64,000 nucleotides of DNA, taken from assembly GCA_035403245.1 (NCBI GenBank), contig DAONEU010000001.1:1394-65393 (forward strand), given 5' to 3'. The notes beneath the pieces were generated by a model. The model had not been told where the DNA came from and did no database searches. It saw nothing but the letters and a program-made list of their open reading frames with translations. Position numbers and translations under genes: made by a program. Origin of the DNA: Bacteroidales bacterium. GTDB taxonomy: Bacteria > Bacteroidota > Bacteroidia > Bacteroidales > WCHB1-69. Below are positions 61,327-64,000 of this stretch, piece by piece. The stretch's first letter is position 1; the number at the start of each line of letters is the position of its first letter.

Positions 61327-63216
61327 ATGTCATTATTAGAAAATATAAATTACCCCTCTGATATCAAAAAACTACCCATTTCTGATTTGCCTCAGTTATG
61401 CAAAGAGTTAAGAGGTTTTATTATAGCTCAAACTGCAAAAAATCCAGGTCATCTTGGAGCAAGTTTAGGTACAGTCGAAATAACTGTTGCCATACATTAC
61501 GTTTTTGATACTCCAAAAGATCAATTAATATGGGATGTAGGACACCAGGCTTATACGCACAAAATAATTACAGGTAGAAAAGATCTATTTAACACAAATA
61601 GAAAGTATAAGGGAATCAGTGGATTCCCTAAAATGTCTGAAAGTGAATATGATGCATTTGGAGCAGGTCACACTTCTGTATCCATATCTGCCTTACTTGG
61701 TATGGCTGTTGCAAATAGATTAAATGGAGCAAATGATATCAATCATGTTGCTGTTATTGGTGATGGTGCGATTGGCGGTGGCATGGCCTTTGAAGCCTTA
61801 AATCATGCAGGGGATACCAATGAGAATATTCTTATCATTCTGAATGATAATCATATAGCTATCGATGAAAGCACGGGTGCAATGAGTAAGTATTTGCTGG
61901 AAATAACTACATCCGAGTACTATATTAAGTTTAAAAAGAAACTTTGGCAAATTTTGACCATGAAGAAATATCGTCCTAATCTAATTACTAGATTTATTGG
62001 AGGTATTGCTAGGTTGATAAAAGGTAATATTGCTAAAGAAAGTAATCTTTTTTCCCATTTAGGCTTTAACTACTTTGGCCCTACAGATGGTCACGATGTG
62101 CAACTTTTAGTTCAAATTCTTTCGAAGTTGAAAAATATAAATGGTCCAAAGCTGTTTCATATCATCACAACTAAAGGTAAAGGGTTGCCTTATGCTGAAC
62201 AGAATCAAGTGAAATACCATGCTCCGGGATTTTTTGATCCTGAAACTGGAGCGATCATTGAAAAAAAATCTGGACAAACACCCCCCAAATTTCAAGATGT
62301 TTTTGGAGAGTCTATTTTAGAACTAGCCTTGTTAGATCCCAAAGTAGTCGCAATCTCACCGGCTATGTTAACAGGAAGTTCTCTTACAATCATGAGAGAT
62401 GTAATTCCGGAAAGAGTTTTTGATGTGGGTATTGCTGAACAACATGCTGTTACGTTCTCTGCCGGATTAGCAGTCTCAGGTTTGATCCCATTTTGTAATA
62501 TTTATTCCTCATTTTTACAAAGAGGATACGATCAAATAATTCATGATGTAGCACTTCAAAAATTGCCTGTAATTTTATGTATTGATCGTGCAGGTGTTGT
62601 TGGTGAAGATGGCCCAACTCATCATGGTGCTTTTGATTTAGCTTACTTACGGGCTATTCCAAATATCATCGTGTCTTCTCCAAAAGATGAAATTGAATTA
62701 AGAAACTTAATGTTCACTGCTTATCAAAACAGAAAACTCCCATTTGCGATAAGATACCCTAGAGGAGCTGGCTCTTTGATGGATTGGAAGAAACCATTTC
62801 AAAAATTGGAAATTGGAAAAAGTGAATTGTTAGTGTCAGGAAAAAAATTGGCAATTCTGTCTTTAGGCCCTCTGACGGTAAATGCACAAAAAGCACTTGA
62901 ATTATTAAAGAAAGAGGATATTTTTCCAACTCTAGTAAATGTAATTTTCCTAAAACCACTTGATAAAGAATTGCTTTATCAACTTGTTCAAACCCATGAT
63001 CAATTTATAACAATTGAAGATGGAACTGAAAACGGTGGATTATATTCTGCTGTTTCTGAGTATTTAATCGAAACGAATAGTTGCAAAAAACTATATAAAA
63101 TTGCCATTCCTGATCAATTTGTTGAACATGGTGATATTCCAAATCTTTATCATGATCTAGGTTTTGATGTTGAAAGTATGTCTCAATTTATAAAAAAATG
63201 TTATGGTTCAAATTAA
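61327..63216 (+). CDS. dxs: 1-deoxy-D-xylulose-5-phosphate synthase
   Basis: 'GHLGASLGTVEITVAIHYVFDTPKDQLIWDVGHQAYTHKIITGR' and 'IGDGAIGGGMAFEALNHAG'. Confidence 0.96.
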   Translation: MSLLENINYPSDIKKLPISDLPQLCKELRGFIIAQTAKNPGHLGASLGTVEITVAIHYVFDTPKDQLIWDVGHQAYTHKIITGRKDLFNTNRKYKGISGFPKMSESEYDAFGAGHTSVSISALLGMAVANRLNGANDINHVAVIGDGAIGGGMAFEALNHAGDTNENILIILNDNHIAIDESTGAMSKYLLEITTSEYYIKFKKKLWQILTMKKYRPNLITRFIGGIARLIKGNIAKESNLFSHLGFNYFGPTDGHDVQLLVQILSKLKNINGPKLFHIITTKGKGLPYAEQNQVKYHAPGFFDPETGAIIEKKSGQTPPKFQDVFGESILELALLDPKVVAISPAMLTGSSLTIMRDVIPERVFDVGIAEQHAVTFSAGLAVSGLIPFCNIYSSFLQRGYDQIIHDVALQKLPVILCIDRAGVVGEDGPTHHGAFDLAYLRAIPNIIVSSPKDEIELRNLMFTAYQNRKLPFAIRYPRGAGSLMDWKKPFQKLEIGKSELLVSGKKLAILSLGPLTVNAQKALELLKKEDIFPTLVNVIFLKPLDKELLYQLVQTHDQFITIEDGTENGGLYSAVSEYLIETNSCKKLYKIAIPDQFVEHGDIPNLYHDLGFDVESMSQFIKKCYGSN

Positions 63217-64000
63217 TGACTCATGGATTGAAATTATGTCTCCCGTTGGCTCCTATGAGGCATTAATGGCAGCCATTCACGCAGGAGCTGGTTCTGTTTA
63301 TTTTGGAATCGGTAAAATGAATATGAGATCTAGATCGTCAGCTAATTTTGACCATGATGATCTGGAAAAAATTACTCAGATTTGTAAAAATAATAGAGTT
63401 AAATCGTATTTAACTGTTAATACAGTCGTCTATAATAACGAAATTGAAGATCTTAAATCATTATTAGATTGGGCCAAAAAATGTGAAGTTTCAGCAATCA
63501 TAGCTTCAGATTTTGCTGTTTTAGAGTACGCTCAAAAAATCGGATTAGAGATTCATATTTCAACACAATGTAATATAACCAATATTGAAGCAGTTCGCTT
63601 TTTTTCGAGATATGCGGATGTCGTAGTTTTAGCTCGTGAAACAGAATTGTCTCAAGTGGCAGAAATCTCTAGGAAAATTAAAGAAGATAATATTTGCGGT
63701 CCATCCGGAAAACCTGTTGCTGTTGAAATGTTTATCCATGGAGCTCTTTGTATGGCTGTTTCGGGAAAATGTTATTTGAGCCTCGATAATTTTAACTATT
63801 CTGCTAATAGAGGAGCTTGTCTTCAACCTTGTCGAAGAGGGTACAAAGTACAAGATTTAGACAATGAAGTGGAATTAGCTATTGAAAATCAGTATATTAT
63901 GTCTCCCAAAGATTTGTGTACCATCTCTTTCTTAGATAAAATCATAAAAGCAGGTGTCACCGTATTAAAAATCGAAGGAAGAGGGAGATCTCCGGAATAT
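63203..64000 (+). CDS. U32-family protein (short-form type), 3' end off-window; predicted 4Fe-4S enzyme
   Basis: Not in the ORF track because it runs off the right edge. ATG 63203 overlaps the dxs end by 14 nt. 'IEIMSPVGSYEALMAAIHAGAGSVYFG', 'CMAVSGKC-x15-CLQPC' (63749-63832) and 'LKIEGRGRSPEY'. Confidence 0.75.
   Translation, partial: MVQINDSWIEIMSPVGSYEALMAAIHAGAGSVYFGIGKMNMRSRSSANFDHDDLEKITQICKNNRVKSYLTVNTVVYNNEIEDLKSLLDWAKKCEVSAIIASDFAVLEYAQKIGLEIHISTQCNITNIEAVRFFSRYADVVVLARETELSQVAEISRKIKEDNICGPSGKPVAVEMFIHGALCMAVSGKCYLSLDNFNYSANRGACLQPCRRGYKVQDLDNEVELAIENQYIMSPKDLCTISFLDKIIKAGVTVLKIEGRGRSPEY

Overview
AT-rich (about one-third G+C by eye) chromosomal segment that looks like Bacteroidota. 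Support: many exact TAnnTTTG '-7' promoter boxes 5-60 nt upstream of start codons, no Shine-Dalgarno-type spacing, a PorW/SprE-like lipoprotein, and several proteins with type IX secretion (T9SS) C-terminal sorting domains. I call 55 protein-coding genes, two of them cut by the window edges. They are tightly packed and mostly housekeeping: rpsU-xerC-hpf, aroK, ribE, murC, hutH, sufCD, pta, metK, greA, dxs, two U32 radical-type enzymes, peptidases and transporters. I see no rRNA, tRNA, CRISPR array, transposase or prophage. The most interesting locus is 46678-56302, a compact three-gene outer-membrane module closed by a hairpin terminator. It encodes a 1260-aa TonB-receptor-like barrel with no SusD partner, a 1541-aa secreted protein with no recognisable catalytic domain and a non-canonical sorting tail ('VPNPYY...ITNLP...ISIFTVSG'), and a PorV/PorQ-like barrel. 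I cannot match it to a characterised system. Other points: a structured 118-nt metK leader (candidate SAM riboswitch); a methyltransferase broken by a 1-nt homopolymer frameshift; an ElbB homologue with an in-frame deletion of its catalytic core; an M28 peptidase fused to a beta-barrel anchor; a T9SS-exported arginine/agmatine-deiminase-like protein; dispersed intergenic 'TTAGCACAT' word arrays and polypyrimidine mini-repeats; an operator-like palindrome; and several genes separated from their usual operon partners. All family assignments rest on motif recognition by eye and need HMM or BLAST confirmation.
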